43,240 bases of DNA from a virus. Lineage: Duplodnaviria; Caudoviricetes. The translations under genes and the position numbers were made by a program. The notes under the pieces are model-generated. The model did not search any database, was not told where the DNA came from, and was given only the letters and a program-made list of their open reading frames with translations. The stretch spans positions 1 through 43,240 of the IMG/VR virus record IMGVR_UViG_3300012667_000655. One strand, given 5' to 3'. Below are positions 1 through 9,009 of this stretch, piece after piece (the stretch's first letter is position 1; every line of letters begins with the position of its first letter).

Positions 1-386
1 GGGGGGAGGGGGGAGGCCCCCATGCCTGCCTCGGGCGGCCGCACGTCACGGGTCGTGACGCGGCCGAGGGCGCGGTCGACGGTGCGAGTGCTGACGCCGT
101 GGGCGCGGGCGAGGTCGGCCGGCTTCCATCCTTGCACCCATCCCGTTGCGATCTCGCGGGAGCGTCGTGCGGTGCGGCAGGTCGAGAGCGGCATGAGTGA
201 ACCTCCGAATGCCCATTGAAGCTTGCCCGCGGCCTCCACGCCGATCTGCCTCGCGATCGGGTGATCGGGGCCGATGGGGTTGACCGGGATGTAGATCCGC
301 CGCTGCTTGGCGATCTCCGCGAGCTTGAGGGTAAGCTCGCGTCCGATGACGCGCTCGAACTCACGAGCAGAGGTTGGCAGCCGCAT
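1..386 (-). CDS. Mor/C-family transcription activator (3' end runs off the window)
   Basis: Manual translation from ATG 386: MRLPTSAREFERVIGRELTLKLAEIAKQRRIYIPVNPIGPDHPIARQIGVEAAGKLQWAFGGSLMPL...REIATGWVQGWKPADLARAHGVSTRTVDRAL. It has the IG.E.A.KL...FGG dimerisation motif and a C-terminal HTH typical of Mu Mor/C-like proteins. No stop codon lies inside the window, so the ORF track missed it. Confidence 0.75.
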   Translation of the reverse strand, partial: MRLPTSAREFERVIGRELTLKLAEIAKQRRIYIPVNPIGPDHPIARQIGVEAAGKLQWAFGGSLMPLSTCRTARRSREIATGWVQGWKPADLARAHGVSTRTVDRALGRVTTRDVRPPEAGMGASPLP

Positions 387-446
387 GGTTCGGAGGAGAG
401 TCGAGCGAATGCTCGAAGGCAAGCCAGAAAGCACAAATTCGGGCAG

Positions 447-690
447 GTAACAGGGTAACAGGCGAGTAACAACCGGGCGTTGTAGGCTAACCCGTTGAAA
501 ATCCGGGGATTACCCCCAACAACAACAACAACAACAAACATTTATTTATTTATTTATATATAGAGGGGTGTCTTTCTCATGGGGTGTCTCTTCCTCACAT
601 TATGTCTATTAGGGGATGTATTTCACGAGTTGCCGTTACCTCGTAACCCGTTGGAAATCAGGCGCAATCCCGTAACCGCTACAACAACCG
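447..690. other. Putative replication origin
   Basis: Non-coding AT-rich island just downstream of the primase-helicase gene. Contains GTAACA repeats, (CAA)7 at 517-537, (ATTT)4 plus a TATA run at about 540-562, and a near-identical pair TAACCCGTTG(A/G)AAATC at 488-503 and 644-659 resembling IHF sites. Confidence 0.6.
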
Positions 691-695
691 GCACG

Positions 696-724
696 AAAAA
701 CCCCGCGGGCTTGCGCCGGCGGGG
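696..724 (-). terminator. Rho-independent terminator after primase-helicase
   Basis: Minus strand CCCCGCCGGC-GCAA-GCCCGCGGGG followed by TTTTT. Confidence 0.75.
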
Positions 725-741
725 TCTCAAGTTTTCCGGTT

Positions 742-3387
742 TCAACCCGGAGAACTCGCCGGCACCGACACCGCCCGCTGCCGCACGTTGAGCCCGAAAT
801 TCATGACTTCGTGCTTTTCGTGGCCCTCGACGCGTTCGAGCTGCTGCCGCCACTTCGCTCCGGCCCACGGGGTATCGGTGAAGATCCGCTCGAGCGCCGG
901 ATGCCGATTGGCCACCGTGACGCGGCCATCCTTCACCAGGATGCCGTGCCGGCGCAGGGCCTCGCGAGTCTCACCCCGAACCCTGAGCGCGTCCTCGCTG
1001 ATGGCCGAGGCCTCGACCAGGGCGACCGCTTCGGAGATCGACCTCGTTACGGCCCGGTCGTTCACCTCGTAGCGGATCGACGCCGCGAACAGGTGGCTGA
1101 GGCACTGGTTCTCGTCGTTGTCGACGTCCTCCGATCGGAACCCGGTCCAGTCCTGCTTCGCCATCCAATCGCGGGCGGCCTCGCGGGTGATCGCCTTCGT
1201 CGAGGTCAGGGAGAACGCGCCGGCGAGCAGCGTGCCGATCTGGTCGGCCGATCGCTTGTCCCCTGTGAACTCCACCGCGACGGCCGAGAACGTCTCGCAG
1301 TTCGCCCGCAGGGTCTTGGCGTTTCGCAGGCTGCGCGACCGCACCCGCTCGGCGTAGCCGTCGGCCCCTACGGTCTCCCGCCACATCGCGCGGATGGCCT
1401 CGAACTGCGCCTGTGCGCCCGGCCCGAGGTTCTTGCGCAGGGGGAGCACCGTCACGCGGCTCGTGTCGGCCTTTTTGACGGCCGCGACGCCGATCGATGC
1501 GAACAAAAAGCACGAGCGGATCAGGTAAGTGACGCTGCCGCCGGTTGCTGTGCCCTTGACGATCCCGGCGCCGGTCTCGGTCGAGGCCTGGCGCGCGAGT
1601 TCGAGCACCTTCTCGAAGCGCGCTTGGCTCGCGCGGTCCTCCGACTCGGCCTCGTCGAAAACGACCGGCAGGGCGTCGCTGCCGAGCTGCCCGCGGATCC
1701 CGGCCTCGCTCGTGTTCCCCTGCACGTGGACGGCGGTCTTGCCGACCAGCGGCTGCACGATGTTCGCGACCGTCCATGACTTGCCCGAGCCGGACGGGCC
1801 GGTCAGCCAGAGGTGCGGTCGCCACGCAAGCGCGCCGCAAACCGGAGCCAGGGCGAGCCAGCCGGCGAGAAGCTTCCCGTAGAGCGGCCGCTCCCATGAC
1901 AGCGCCTCGCACAACTCGATCAGCCGAGCCGATGAGCGGTTGTCGGAGCCATCCCCGGAATCGACCGGGATCTCGAGCGCGCCTTCATAGATCGCGCGGA
2001 CCGATGAGCGGAAAAACGGAATCTCGCGCTCGTCGCCGTTCACGACCAGCCGGTCGCCGGCATGGAAAACGACGTCCTCGCCATCGATCCAGCATCCCCG
2101 GCCGCGGATCCGGCGCGGGTCGAACTTCGGCAGCGACTGGCTGCGCTGGATCAAGGCGTTCGCTGCGGCCTCCCAGTCGGCCCCGGACTTCGTCCCAAAC
2201 TCGCCCTCCCACTGCTGCAGCGGGGCGAGGCGCATCAGGTTGAGCTTCGAATGCCCCGATGCGGTCAGGCTGACGATCTGCTGGCCGCGGTCGGGCATGT
2301 AGAAAAACGCGTCCCCATCCACCCCGAGCATGCGAAACGGAAGGTCAGAGATTCGATCGTCGACGAACCGGCGCGGCGGCTCAGGCTCGTGGTCGGCTGG
2401 CGGTGCCTCCTGCTCGTAGTCGTGCGGGGGTGGTTCATCCGCCACGGGTTCGGCCGGTGGCCGGAGCGCGGCGATCAGGCGTTCGCGGGTCCATCCCTCG
2501 GCCACAGCGTCGGCGAGATCCCATCCGTCGGGCTCGCCCGCGGGCGGCGTGATGATCCGGACCTTCGCGGCGATCGGGGCGATGGCCTTGGCGATGGCGT
2601 GAGCGGCGTCGATCCCGGGCTCGTCGCGGTCCGGCCAGATGATCACCTTGCGGCCGGCCAAGGGTGTCCAATCGACGAACCGGATCGCCTTGGATCCGCC
2701 CGGCCACGTCACGACCACACCGGGGGAGATCGTCCGCGCTGCATCGGCAGCTTTCTCGCCCTCGACGATCAGAACGCCGGCCGCGGGGTTCGCCGCGAGT
2801 AGGTCGAGCCCGTAGAGCGGGCGGGGTTTCGCGAACGAGAGCCATCGCCACGCCTGCCGCCCGTCTGGATGCTTCGCCCATGTCAGCGGGACCACGTCCT
2901 TGCCACCGTCGGGCAGGTCGAACCGGCAGACGGCCCCGAACAGCCGGCCCGCGGCGTCCCGGTATGGCCACACGGCCGACGGTTTCCCGAAGCGGTGGTG
3001 CGTGATCGATGTCGGGAGCGCCGTGCCGCCCGGTGCCAGCGTGCCGATCCAATCGGCCGGCGCCGGCTTCGGTTTCGGCAGGGCCGTCACGCCTTCGGAC
3101 TCGATGCCGGTGCGGAGGCGTTCCCCGAGTTCAATGGCCGCGTCCTTCATCGAGCACGACCGAACCGCCGCGAGTAGGGAAACCGGGTCGGAGCCGCCGG
3201 CGTCACTGGCGAAATCCTTCCACGCTCCGGATCGGAGGTTGATCGAGAGCGACCGGCCGGGCTCGCCCGACAGGCTGCCGATCTTGAACTCGTGGCCTTC
3301 GCGGTGGCCGTTCGGGAACCACTCGTGAACGAGCGATTCCAAGGATTGCAGGGCGGCGGCGTTGATGCCGTCGAAGTCGATTCTCAT
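742..3387 (-). CDS. Primase-helicase (TOPRIM plus C-terminal P-loop NTPase)
   Basis: TOPRIM motifs IVEGEKAADA and WPDRDEPG, Walker A GPSGSGKS, Walker B VVFDEAE. Start trimmed to MRIDFDG (ATGA overlap with the upstream ORF). Confidence 0.85.
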   Translation of the reverse strand: MRIDFDGINAAALQSLESLVHEWFPNGHREGHEFKIGSLSGEPGRSLSINLRSGAWKDFASDAGGSDPVSLLAAVRSCSMKDAAIELGERLRTGIESEGVTALPKPKPAPADWIGTLAPGGTALPTSITHHRFGKPSAVWPYRDAAGRLFGAVCRFDLPDGGKDVVPLTWAKHPDGRQAWRWLSFAKPRPLYGLDLLAANPAAGVLIVEGEKAADAARTISPGVVVTWPGGSKAIRFVDWTPLAGRKVIIWPDRDEPGIDAAHAIAKAIAPIAAKVRIITPPAGEPDGWDLADAVAEGWTRERLIAALRPPAEPVADEPPPHDYEQEAPPADHEPEPPRRFVDDRISDLPFRMLGVDGDAFFYMPDRGQQIVSLTASGHSKLNLMRLAPLQQWEGEFGTKSGADWEAAANALIQRSQSLPKFDPRRIRGRGCWIDGEDVVFHAGDRLVVNGDEREIPFFRSSVRAIYEGALEIPVDSGDGSDNRSSARLIELCEALSWERPLYGKLLAGWLALAPVCGALAWRPHLWLTGPSGSGKSWTVANIVQPLVGKTAVHVQGNTSEAGIRGQLGSDALPVVFDEAESEDRASQARFEKVLELARQASTETGAGIVKGTATGGSVTYLIRSCFLFASIGVAAVKKADTSRVTVLPLRKNLGPGAQAQFEAIRAMWRETVGADGYAERVRSRSLRNAKTLRANCETFSAVAVEFTGDKRSADQIGTLLAGAFSLTSTKAITREAARDWMAKQDWTGFRSEDVDNDENQCLSHLFAASIRYEVNDRAVTRSISEAVALVEASAISEDALRVRGETREALRRHGILVKDGRVTVANRHPALERIFTDTPWAGAKWRQQLERVEGHEKHEVMNFGLNVRQRAVSVPASSPG

Positions 3388-3590
3388 TTGGTTGGTGGGT
3401 GATTTTCGTCGGAGCCCTTGTCCCAGCCGGCCTCGTAGGCATACCAGCGGAGAGTTCGGGCGGGGTAGTCGTTGCGCCACTCGCCGGCGCGGGCGTCGGC
3501 GTATCCCTCCTTGAAGACGGGATGGAGCTTCGGCCAGTGCGGGCTCGCTTGCATTTCCCGAAGCTCGGGAGGGCGTGGCGGCTGAGGCAT
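3384..3590 (-). CDS. Small protein, Rmf/CrpP-like pattern
   Basis: EGYADARAG...YP......AYEAGW resembles the ribosome modulation factor-like motif. Packed between neighbouring genes. Confidence 0.45.
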   Translation of the reverse strand: MPQPPRPPELREMQASPHWPKLHPVFKEGYADARAGEWRNDYPARTLRWYAYEAGWDKGSDENHPPTK

Positions 3591-3591
3591 G

Positions 3592-3978
3592 TCAGATGGT
3601 CGGTGAGGCGATGCCGAGCGCGTCGTCGACGGACCGGGCAACGCCGGCCAGTCCACCGTCGAGGCGGACGCGGTCAATAAAATTCCGCTGCTCGGGCGTC
3701 GCCGTCCCGCGTGGTCCCTTCACCTCGATGGCGAGGAATAGGGCGACCCGCTGGCCGATCATGTCGGGGGTGACTTCCACGGACCGCCAGCCGATCAGGT
3801 CGGAGCTGCCCTTGCAGAGCCCGGCCTGAAGCGGCCTCGGGTTCCGGATCAGGATCGAGCCGTCGGTCAGCCGCTGCACGTCCCCGGTCCAGCCGGTGCC
3901 GACGTTCTGGCGGAAGATTCGGCAGCCCGGGTGAGAGACGCCGGCCATGATTGAGCGCATCAGGTTGGTTTCGGTCAT
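3592..3978 (-). CDS. VRR-NUC domain nuclease
   Basis: FRQNVG, GLCKGSSDLIG, AIEVKGPRG..TPEQRNFI, GGLAGVARSVDDA. Confidence 0.9.
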   Translation of the reverse strand: MTETNLMRSIMAGVSHPGCRIFRQNVGTGWTGDVQRLTDGSILIRNPRPLQAGLCKGSSDLIGWRSVEVTPDMIGQRVALFLAIEVKGPRGTATPEQRNFIDRVRLDGGLAGVARSVDDALGIASPTI

Positions 3979-4088
3979 TGGAGCAGTGCGTGAATGAGCG
4001 CGGCCCCGATCAGCCCGATCCCCACACCCAGCGCGAACAGGGCGATCAGGTCGGACTCGGCGACGAGGGCGTAGCGGCGTCGATTCAT
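3975..4088 (-). CDS. Small membrane protein (37 aa)
   Basis: MNRRRYALVAESDLIALFALGVGIGLIGAALIHALLQ, with ATGA overlaps on both sides. Confidence 0.55.
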   Translation of the reverse strand: MNRRRYALVAESDLIALFALGVGIGLIGAALIHALLQ

Positions 4089-5557
4089 GCGGTGGCTCCT
4101 CGGGATTGTCGAGAATTGAACACGTGGCGAGCCCACACCGCGGGATTTTTGTATCCGCGCGAGCGGCCCAGGGCGACGAGGTCTTCGTAGGTCTGCGCCG
4201 ATCCCTGCTCGGCCTTCCGCTGGCGGACCGGGTCGGCGTAGATGTTGCAGGCCGGGCATCGGTGGTCCCATCGGGAGTGCACCGTGCCGCAGCCCGCGCA
4301 CCGCCGGTTGTGCTCGTCGACCAGGCCGTCGATCATCTTCAACTCGCCGTCGACCTGCTCGATCTTCCGCTCCTTGACCTCGTAGACGTGGCCGCACTCC
4401 GGGCATTGCGGTGCCGGCTCGTGGCAGCAGAAACAGGCCGGGCATTGCGAGACGCGGACGTCGTCCTCGTCCTTCTTCTTGCCCTTCTTCTTCGGCCGGC
4501 CGTCGAGGCTCCAATCCCGCACGTCCTCGGCTAGGCCGTGCCGCCCAAGGTTTCCGACGTGGTCGAGGATAATCGCGCGTTCCTTCCCCGGCGCCGGCCG
4601 GAGAACCCGCCCGACCTGCTGCAGGTGGACGGCGAGTGACATCGTCGGCCGGAGCAGGATCGCGGCGGTGACGATCGGCAGGTCGAACCCCTCGTTGATG
4701 ATCTCGCACGAGGTCAGGACGTGGAGACGTCCGTCGCCGAGCTTGCGCACGACCTCGCGCCGGTCCTCGCGGTCCATGTTCCCGTCGATCGTCGCGGCCC
4801 GAAACCCTGCGGCCTGGAACTGCTCGGCGACGTGCTGCGCGTGGGCGACCGATGCACAAAACGCCACCGCCGGAGCCCCGCGGCAGAGCTTCGCGTAGTG
4901 CTCCACCGCGTCCCCGGTGATGGCGGCCTTGTCCATCGCGGCGGCGATCTCGCGCTGGTCGAAGTCTCCCCGCTTGATCGAGATCCCGCTCAGGTCGGCC
5001 GCTTGCGGCGGGGCGTAGTAGAGCGGGGGCGCGAGGTGACCGCCGCGGATCAGGTCTTTCACCTCCGGCCCGCGGATGAGTTCGTCGAACACCTCGCCGA
5101 GGCCCTTGCCGTCGAGCCGTTCGGGCGTCGCCGTCACGCCGAGGATTCGGGCTTGCGGGTGATGGGCGATCACCTTCCGCCACGAGCCCGCGGTCGCGTG
5201 GTGCGCCTCGTCCGCGATGATCAAGGCCGGCCGGAAGTAGTCGAGCCGCCGGACGTAGGTCTGCACGCTGGCGACCTGCACCGGCAGCGTCCGGTCGGGC
5301 GTCCTGCCCGCGGCAATCACCCCGTGGGCGACTCCGAACGCGTGGAGCGTCCGGCACGTCTGGTCGACCAGCTCTTGCCGGTGCACGAGGATGACGACCG
5401 AATTCCCGCGCGCCGAGGTGCCCTGCGCGATGTAGGCGAACAGGATGGTCTTGCCGGAGCCGGTTGGGGAAACCACGAGCGGAGCCTTGCGGCCGGCGCG
5501 GTAGGCGGACCGGACGCCGTCGACGAGGTCGATCTGGTAATCGCGAAGCTGTATCAT
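4085..5557 (-). CDS. SF2 DEAH-box helicase with C-terminal zinc ribbons
   Basis: LRDYQ Q-motif, PTGSGKT, DEAHH, TATPERLDG, QQVGRVLRP, CxxC pairs. Start trimmed to MIQLRDYQ. Confidence 0.92.
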   Translation of the reverse strand: MIQLRDYQIDLVDGVRSAYRAGRKAPLVVSPTGSGKTILFAYIAQGTSARGNSVVILVHRQELVDQTCRTLHAFGVAHGVIAAGRTPDRTLPVQVASVQTYVRRLDYFRPALIIADEAHHATAGSWRKVIAHHPQARILGVTATPERLDGKGLGEVFDELIRGPEVKDLIRGGHLAPPLYYAPPQAADLSGISIKRGDFDQREIAAAMDKAAITGDAVEHYAKLCRGAPAVAFCASVAHAQHVAEQFQAAGFRAATIDGNMDREDRREVVRKLGDGRLHVLTSCEIINEGFDLPIVTAAILLRPTMSLAVHLQQVGRVLRPAPGKERAIILDHVGNLGRHGLAEDVRDWSLDGRPKKKGKKKDEDDVRVSQCPACFCCHEPAPQCPECGHVYEVKERKIEQVDGELKMIDGLVDEHNRRCAGCGTVHSRWDHRCPACNIYADPVRQRKAEQGSAQTYEDLVALGRSRGYKNPAVWARHVFNSRQSRGATA

Positions 5558-5733
5558 GGGCGGCGCAGTTCGTTGAGGACGTAGCGAATCCGCTCGACGC
5601 TCGATGCCCGTGGGGCGAAGCGTCCAGTTTTCCAGCGCCACCAGGTGGCGCGGCTGATGCCGGCGATTTTGAGAATCGCGGCGATAGGATGGCCGACCTC
5701 CGCGGCCTTCGTTTCGATTTCGGTGGTTGTCAT
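5554..5733 (-). CDS. Cro/XRE-like HTH protein
   Basis: MTTTEIETKAAEVGHPIAAILKIAGISRATWWRWKTGRFAPRASSVERI, with ATGA overlaps on both sides. Confidence 0.7.
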   Translation of the reverse strand: MTTTEIETKAAEVGHPIAAILKIAGISRATWWRWKTGRFAPRASSVERIRYVLNELRRP

Positions 5734-6668
5734 TGGTTGAGAAGTCGGGGTTCGACAGAATTCAGACGGGCTTCGATCAGCTGGTGATAAGCCGGGTTGA
5801 GCTCGATCAGGATCGGGGTTCGGCGGTGCTCCATTGCAACGGCACCGGTCGTGCCGGATCCGCCGAACGGGTCGAGCACGAGGTCGCCGGGGCGGGAGGC
5901 TGCGAGAATGCACGGCTCGATCAGCTCGGGCGGGAAGGTGGCGAAGTGAGCGCCCTTGTAGGGTTTGACCGGCACGGTCCAGACGCTGCGGCGGTTGCGC
6001 GTGACGTAGGACCGTCCGCCTGATTTTGGCCCGCCGTGCGCTGTTTGGCCCGGCGGCGTCCTCCGAATCCCGGCCGTCGCTCTGTGGTTCTCAGGATTAG
6101 CAGGCTCCTGTATAGCATCGGAGTCGAAGAAATACCTCGGCGACTTGGTCAGCAGGAAGATGTATTCGTGGGCCTTCGTGCAGCGGTCCTTCACGCTCTC
6201 AGGCATCGGGTTGGGTTTTGCCCAGATGATGTCCTGCCGGAGATACCACCCGTCGGCTTGAAGGGCGAAGGCGACGCGCCACGGGATGCCGATCAGATCC
6301 TTTTGCTTGAGCCCTTCCGGCGCTCGACGCGGCGACTGATCGCCTCCCCCGGCTTCGTGAGTGCGCTTGGCCCCGACGCCCCGCTGGTTGTCCTCGCGAC
6401 CTCCATGAGCCCCGCCATTCGAGGCGTAAGTGTCGCCGAGGTTCAGCCACAGAGTCCCGTCGTCCTTCAGCACGCGCCGGACTTCGCGGAACACCTCGAC
6501 CAGCTTCCCCACGAACTCGTCGGGCGTCTGCTCAAGGCCGATCTGTCCGTCGTGGCCGTAGTCACGTAGGCCGAAATATGGGGGGGAGGTGACGCAGGTC
6601 TGAACCGTTCCAGGTTCGAGCGTTTTCATTTGGGCGATACAATCGCCGGTGAGAATTATTGGCTTCAT
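5730..6668 (-). CDS. Site-specific DNA methyltransferase (N4-C/N6-A, beta class)
   Basis: VTSPPYFG catalytic motif, HFATFP and VLDPFGGSGTT SAM-binding motif. Start trimmed to MKPIILTGDC. Confidence 0.92.
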   Translation of the reverse strand: MKPIILTGDCIAQMKTLEPGTVQTCVTSPPYFGLRDYGHDGQIGLEQTPDEFVGKLVEVFREVRRVLKDDGTLWLNLGDTYASNGGAHGGREDNQRGVGAKRTHEAGGGDQSPRRAPEGLKQKDLIGIPWRVAFALQADGWYLRQDIIWAKPNPMPESVKDRCTKAHEYIFLLTKSPRYFFDSDAIQEPANPENHRATAGIRRTPPGQTAHGGPKSGGRSYVTRNRRSVWTVPVKPYKGAHFATFPPELIEPCILAASRPGDLVLDPFGGSGTTGAVAMEHRRTPILIELNPAYHQLIEARLNSVEPRLLNQ

Positions 6669-6731
6669 ACGTTTGAGGGTGCGCGGGAACCGGCGCGAGT
6701 CGCGATCCGGTTCCCGCAAATTCGAGCAAGG

Positions 6732-6926
6732 TCAGGCCGCTTGGATCTCGGCGAACGCTTTGGCGAATGCCTTCATTTCGTCGGCGTCGTGCGGGCGGCC
6801 CTCGAAGTCGTAGGCGCTTCCGCCTTCAATGGCGAAAATGGCCGCGTCGCGGAGCACTTCAGTATCCCAGTCGGAAACAGCGGTGTTGATGATCGCTTCG
6901 GCTTGGGCGGTGGTCTTGGTCTTCAC
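6732..6926 (-). CDS. Hypothetical protein
   Basis: 64-aa ORF with GTG start preceded by a CACCAACCAA leader. Confidence 0.6.
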   Translation of the reverse strand: MKTKTTAQAEAIINTAVSDWDTEVLRDAAIFAIEGGSAYDFEGRPHDADEMKAFAKAFAEIQAA

Positions 6927-6982
6927 TTGGTTGGTGTGGTTGGTGTTCCCGCGTTGGTGGATGCGCGGCCCCCGGTGGGGGA

Positions 6983-7159
6983 TTAGATCGCCGAAAGTTT
7001 CGCGACCGGCAAAGCCATTTCGCCGCGACCAAGTTTACCGTCTGGCTTCAGCTCTTTGACCTGAGCGTATTGCTCTCCGTCGATTTCGCGGAAGGCGAGG
7101 ATGACGAACTTGCCGAATTGGGCTTTAACTTGCTGGCCGATGGTGAGGTTGCTGTTCAT
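6983..7159 (-). CDS. Hypothetical protein (58 aa, not in ORF track)
   Basis: MNSNLTIGQQVKAQFGKFVILAFREIDGEQYAQVKELKPDGKLGRGEMALPVAKLSAI. CACCAACCA leader, directly after a promoter. Confidence 0.65.
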   Translation of the reverse strand: MNSNLTIGQQVKAQFGKFVILAFREIDGEQYAQVKELKPDGKLGRGEMALPVAKLSAI

Positions 7160-7186
7160 TGGTTGGTGTTGGTTGTTACGTGGGAG

Positions 7187-7214
7187 ACCCTAACTCGCCG
7201 TTTCACAACTGCAA
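7187..7214 (-). promoter_or_regulatory. Putative early sigma70-like promoter
   Basis: TTGCAG-N16-TAGGGT with an AT-rich upstream tract. Same architecture as 14333-14360. Confidence 0.55.
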
Positions 7215-7216
7215 CA

Positions 7217-8350
7217 CTATTTTTCGGAAATCTTCGCCAGCCTCAGAATTGCCCCCGAAGCCCGCGCGGCGTTGCTGTGCTGCTCCGATCCCGGGCCGTG
7301 GATATACCTGGCGGCCGTCGCCATTTGCTTGTGCCCGAGCAGGTCCGCCACGTCGCGCTGGGTGGCCCCGGCCTTGTGGGCGTAGCTGCCGACCGTGTGG
7401 CGCAGGTCGTGAATTCGCACTCGGCCGGTGATCCCGGCCCGCTTGAGCACGCGGAGCCAGATACGCCGGTGGCCGGAGATCGGCCCCCCGGTCGCGCCCG
7501 GCAGGACGTAGATCGAGGACCGCGGGAGCGACGCGAGCAGCGCCACGGCATCCGGCGAGAGCGGGACGACCTTCGCGCCGGTCTTCGAGTCGGGTAGCTT
7601 CAGCACCGCGTCGGCCATGTCGACCCACGACCATTTCGCCAGCCGCCACTCGCCCGAGCGGCAGCCGGTCAGCAGGAGCAGCCGGATCAGCGCGCGGAAG
7701 GACGGCAGCACGTGGTCGGCTTCAAGCTCGCGCCAGACGGCCGCGATCTCGTCCGGCTCGAGAATCCGCTGCACGCCGGCCTCGGGGAACGCATCGACGA
7801 ATCGCGATGGGTTGGAACCGGCCGGTCGCCACTTCCACCGCTCGGCCAGATCGAACGCCTTCGAAATGACTTCGAGCACGCGGTTGGCATTGATTGGCCG
7901 CGCGGCCAGCCGCCGGCGAACGGCGAGCACGTCGGCCTCGGTCACGTCGGCGACCACGAGGTTCCCGAGCGCCGGCAGGATGTGGAGCCGCCACGCGATC
8001 TCGTAGTTCCGCGCCGTGCCGGGTTTCCTCCGGCTCGCGTGCTCTTCGAGGAACCGATCGCGCAGGTCTTCGAGCCTCGGCGCCGCCCGGCGCGCGCGGC
8101 GTTCCGCCCCGGGATCGAGCCCGCGGCGAACGTCGGCCTTGGCCTCCCGCGCCATTTCCCGAGCCTCCTCCGGCGACAGCTCGGCCGCGGTGCCCAGGGT
8201 GATCAGCCGCTCGGTGCCGGTGGCCGTTCGGAACCGGACGATGAACGACCGCCGCCCGGCCGGCGAGACGCGGAGGCCGAACCCGGGGAGCTGGTCGTCC
8301 CAGTGGGTTCCGACCTCGGCGGCGGCGGCAGAGCGGCGGGTGAGTTTCAT
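7217..8350 (-). CDS. int: Tyrosine integrase with N-terminal arm-binding domain
   Basis: WDDQLPGFGLRVSPAGRRSF arm-binding domain, LLTGCRSGE, DSKTG, HDLRHT, LLGH and RY catalytic residues. Start trimmed to MKLTRR. Confidence 0.93.
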   Translation of the reverse strand: MKLTRRSAAAAEVGTHWDDQLPGFGLRVSPAGRRSFIVRFRTATGTERLITLGTAAELSPEEAREMAREAKADVRRGLDPGAERRARRAAPRLEDLRDRFLEEHASRRKPGTARNYEIAWRLHILPALGNLVVADVTEADVLAVRRRLAARPINANRVLEVISKAFDLAERWKWRPAGSNPSRFVDAFPEAGVQRILEPDEIAAVWRELEADHVLPSFRALIRLLLLTGCRSGEWRLAKWSWVDMADAVLKLPDSKTGAKVVPLSPDAVALLASLPRSSIYVLPGATGGPISGHRRIWLRVLKRAGITGRVRIHDLRHTVGSYAHKAGATQRDVADLLGHKQMATAARYIHGPGSEQHSNAARASGAILRLAKISEK

Positions 8351-9009
8351 CGGGTGGACTCCACGGCGGCAGCGATCAGGTTGGCCAGCTCCGGCGACTT
8401 CCATCCTGCGCCGGCAGGCCCTTTGTCGGTGACGTCTTCGAGATAGGGAATCGCCTTGCGGAGCAGGTCGGCCAGCCGCCGGTTGAGGTGGTCGGTAGCG
8501 TCGGACAAAGATCGCCGCGCCCGCTCGGACTTGGCGAGCCGAGTTTCGAGTTCGCCGATGGTCTCCCGCGCCTCGGCGAGCTTCCGCACCCAATCGAATT
8601 CCGGGCGGTCGGGGATGGCTACGTTCCCGCCGATCATGCCGATTTCGACAAGCTCCGGGTCTTTCATGGCTTGCCGCGTCTCTTCCAAATCGTCCTGCGC
8701 CTCGGCGAGTTCGCGTTCGAGTTTGCGAGCAAAGTCTGGGTAGACAACCATCCGCCGGTGGCGACCAAGACGGACCTGATATTCCGCCTTGTCCGTCCTC
8801 GGTGTCGGCCTCCCGAGCATCAGCGCGAACTTGTCGCCTGGCGTCGGCGCTACCCTGTCCAGCTCCCGCGCCATCGCGGCGCGCTCCTCCGCAGTCGGAG
8901 GAGGGCCTTCGAGGTTGTCGGGACATTGGAGCGGTCCGCTCATTGTCCGCAATTCGCCGCAAATTTCCGCATCCGGCGTCGATGCCTGCTGTATGTTGTT
9001 GGTGCTCAT
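8347..9009 (-). CDS. Hypothetical coiled-coil protein (start uncertain)
   Basis: ORF between attP and int with ATGA overlap into int. Its 5' part overlaps arm-type repeats, so the true start may lie downstream. Confidence 0.5.
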   Translation of the reverse strand: MSTNNIQQASTPDAEICGELRTMSGPLQCPDNLEGPPPTAEERAAMARELDRVAPTPGDKFALMLGRPTPRTDKAEYQVRLGRHRRMVVYPDFARKLERELAEAQDDLEETRQAMKDPELVEIGMIGGNVAIPDRPEFDWVRKLAEARETIGELETRLAKSERARRSLSDATDHLNRRLADLLRKAIPYLEDVTDKGPAGAGWKSPELANLIAAAVESTR

